From: Halobacteria archaeon | GTDB taxonomy: Archaea > Halobacteriota > Syntropharchaeia > JACQPP01 | Length of the DNA: 64,000 bases | Direction of reading: 5' to 3' | NCBI GenBank assembly: GCA_038869515.1 | Contig: JAWCQZ010000008.1 | Span: 12,633-76,632 of the forward strand | Shown here: in pieces, positions 62,200 to 64,000 of the stretch | Position numbering within the stretch: position 1 is the stretch's first letter | Layout of the letters: each line of letters begins with the position of its first letter | The notes under the pieces: generated by a model | Databases searched by the model: none | What the model saw: only the letters and a program-made list of their open reading frames with translations | What the model was told of the DNA's origin: nothing | Made by a program: the position numbers and the translations under genes

Positions 62200-63491
62200 T
62201 CGTAGGCCTCCCCGCGGGGGAAGTAAAGGTCGTCGAGGGAATAGCGGACCCTCTGGAAGGGGCGCCGCAACTCCCGAACGTCGCGCTTCACCTTCGCGAG
62301 CTCCTTCCCCCGGGCCGCCCGGAGAATCAACCCGGCGAGGGCCTCCATCTCCGACTTCCCGAAGCCGAGCCGGGTGACCTCCTGGGAGCCGATGCGGATG
62401 CCCGAGGGGTCGGTGGAGGCCCCGGGCGGGTCCCACGGCAGGAGGTTCTTGTTGACGATGATGTCGCACCTCTCCAGGTTCTCCGCCACCCGCGTGCCCC
62501 CGCCCATGGCGCTCACGTCCGCCGCGACCTGGTGGGACTCGGTGAAGCCCCGGTGCTCGGCGAGGACCTTCATCCCCCCCTCGTGGAGGGCGGCGGCGAG
62601 GGCCTTCGCGTTCTCGACGATGGCGCGGGCGTAGGCCTTCCCGAAGAGCCGCATCTCCTCCAGCGCCACGGCGAGGCCCGCCAGGTGGTGGAGGTGGTGG
62701 TTGCTGGTGGTCCCCGGGTAGACCCCTGCGTCCACGGCGTCGGCCACCTCCCGGGTGCAGAGAATCATCCCCCCCTGGGGGCCGGGCAGGGTTTTGTGGG
62801 TCGAACCGGTCAGGAGGTCGGCCCCCTCCCGGAGGGGGTCCTGGAACTTTCCGCCGGCGATGAGCCCCATGACGTGGGCGCCGTCGAACATGAGGCGGGC
62901 CCCGACCTCGGAGGCCGCCTCCCGCAGCTCGCGGACGGGGTGGGGGAAGAGGATGAGGGAGCCGCCGAGGACCACGACCTTGGGCCGGACTTCGCGGATT
63001 TTCTCAGCCGAGGCGTCGGCGTCCACGGAGAGGCTCGCGGGGTCGAAGGCGTGGTACTCGACCTTCAGGCCCCGGAGGCCGGCGGTGGAGAACCGGGCGT
63101 GCGAGATGTGGCCGCCGTGGGAAACCTTCAGCGACATGAGGGTGTCCCCGGGCTGGGCCAGGCCCCCGAAGGCGGCGAGGTTGGCGTTCATCCCCGAGAT
63201 GGGCTGGACGTTGGCGTGCTCGGCCCGGAACAGCCGCTTCGCCGCCTCGAGGGCCACCGCCTCGACCTCGTCCACGTACTGGCACCCCTGGTAGTAGCGC
63301 TCCCCCACCTTCCCTTCGGCGTAACGGTGGGAAAAATCGGTCGTCAGGAAGGAGCGCACGGTGAGGCTGGTCACGTTCTCGCTGGCGATGAGGGGAATGG
63401 CGCCGCGGAGGAGGCGGTGCTGCCCAAGGGTGGCCTCGAAGACCTTCCGGACGCCCGCGGGGGCCCGCCGGGGCCCCTTTCGGGAAGCCAT
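62169..63491 (-). CDS. glyA: serine hydroxymethyltransferase
   Basis: LIASEN, YAEG, GGHISH, DGAHV.GLIAG, STHKTLPGPQGG, SGIRIG. Confidence 0.96.
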   Translation of the reverse strand: MASRKGPRRAPAGVRKVFEATLGQHRLLRGAIPLIASENVTSLTVRSFLTTDFSHRYAEGKVGERYYQGCQYVDEVEAVALEAAKRLFRAEHANVQPISGMNANLAAFGGLAQPGDTLMSLKVSHGGHISHARFSTAGLRGLKVEYHAFDPASLSVDADASAEKIREVRPKVVVLGGSLILFPHPVRELREAASEVGARLMFDGAHVMGLIAGGKFQDPLREGADLLTGSTHKTLPGPQGGMILCTREVADAVDAGVYPGTTSNHHLHHLAGLAVALEEMRLFGKAYARAIVENAKALAAALHEGGMKVLAEHRGFTESHQVAADVSAMGGGTRVAENLERCDIIVNKNLLPWDPPGASTDPSGIRIGSQEVTRLGFGKSEMEALAGLILRAARGKELAKVKRDVRELRRPFQRVRYSLDDLYFPRGEAYEWMSKPARPA

Positions 63492-63592
63492 GGCGAGGGA
63501 GGCAGGGAGCCCCATTTCAACCTTGCCCTTCGCGCGGGAAGCCTCGCGACGAGAGCGAAAGAGGTATTGTCGGGTCCGCCCCAAATCCAGGG

Positions 63593-64000
63593 ATGCCGAC
63601 CCGGGTGCTCATTCTCTCCATCGACCGCGACGACGACCTCGGGGTCAAGACCTCCATCCGCTCCCCCGTCATGGGCCGCGAGGCGGTCCTCGACGCCGCG
63701 ACCCGGCTCGCCCTCGCCGACCCGACCGAGTCGGACGCGAACGCCCTCTTCGGGGCCGTCAAATTGTTCGATGAACTCCGGGCGAAGGGGGAGGAGGCGG
63801 AGGTGGCCGCCGTCTCGGGCCACCCCAACGTGGGGCTCCAGTCCGACCGGACCGTCGCGGCCCAACTGGACGAGGTGGTCCAGAAGACCGGCGCCCGGAA
63901 TGTCATCGTGGTCTCCGACGGCGCGGACGACGAGTTCGTCCTGCCCCTCGTCCAGTCCCGCCTGAAGGTGGAGGCGATGCACCGGGTGGTCGTCGCCCAG
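63593..64000 (+). CDS. DUF373 family protein (runs off the window end)
   Basis: VLILSIDRDDDLG, DPTESDAN, VSDGADDE, VVVAQ. Confidence 0.85.
   Translation, partial: MPTRVLILSIDRDDDLGVKTSIRSPVMGREAVLDAATRLALADPTESDANALFGAVKLFDELRAKGEEAEVAAVSGHPNVGLQSDRTVAAQLDEVVQKTGARNVIVVSDGADDEFVLPLVQSRLKVEAMHRVVVAQ

Overview
High-GC (roughly 70% by eye), densely coding archaeal chromosomal segment. It looks like a non-halophilic euryarchaeote related to Halobacteriota/Methanomicrobia/Archaeoglobi: it carries MC1 chromatin protein, a PGF-CTERM sorting signal, aIF-5A, PAN, Cdc48, GatD, Cbf5 and aMBF1, and the proteins are not acidic. Content is mostly housekeeping: tRNA/translation (truD, pth2, cysS, gatD, cbf5, aIF-5A and deoxyhypusine synthase, tRNA-Gly, tRNA-Trp), proteostasis (hsp20-cdc48, pan), amino-acid and cofactor metabolism (carB, argH, glyA, serB, hemA, pdxT, cobD-like, larB, citG-like) and acyl-CoA metabolism (two ACADs, a tandem SDR, SCP2, PaaI). 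I saw no transposase, integrase, prophage, CRISPR array or rRNA. The best novelty candidate is a 31-aa membrane-anchored His/Cys-rich micropeptide, missing from the ORF track, with a strong RBS and a duplicated palindromic operator, transcribed divergently from a PadR regulator that has a CPPGCC insertion. This may be a metal/thiol-responsive module. Other notable items are an apparently outward-facing Lon(S16) protease + DUF151 nuclease pair opposite a membrane-tethered HTH protein, tandem CTAAC-N5-GTTAG heat-shock boxes before hsp20-cdc48, an intronless atypical tRNA-Trp, shared tRNA 3' trailers, a hidden ribbon-helix-helix gene and two structured intergenic elements. Product calls rest on motif recognition only, no database searches were run, and start codons were chosen by eye.
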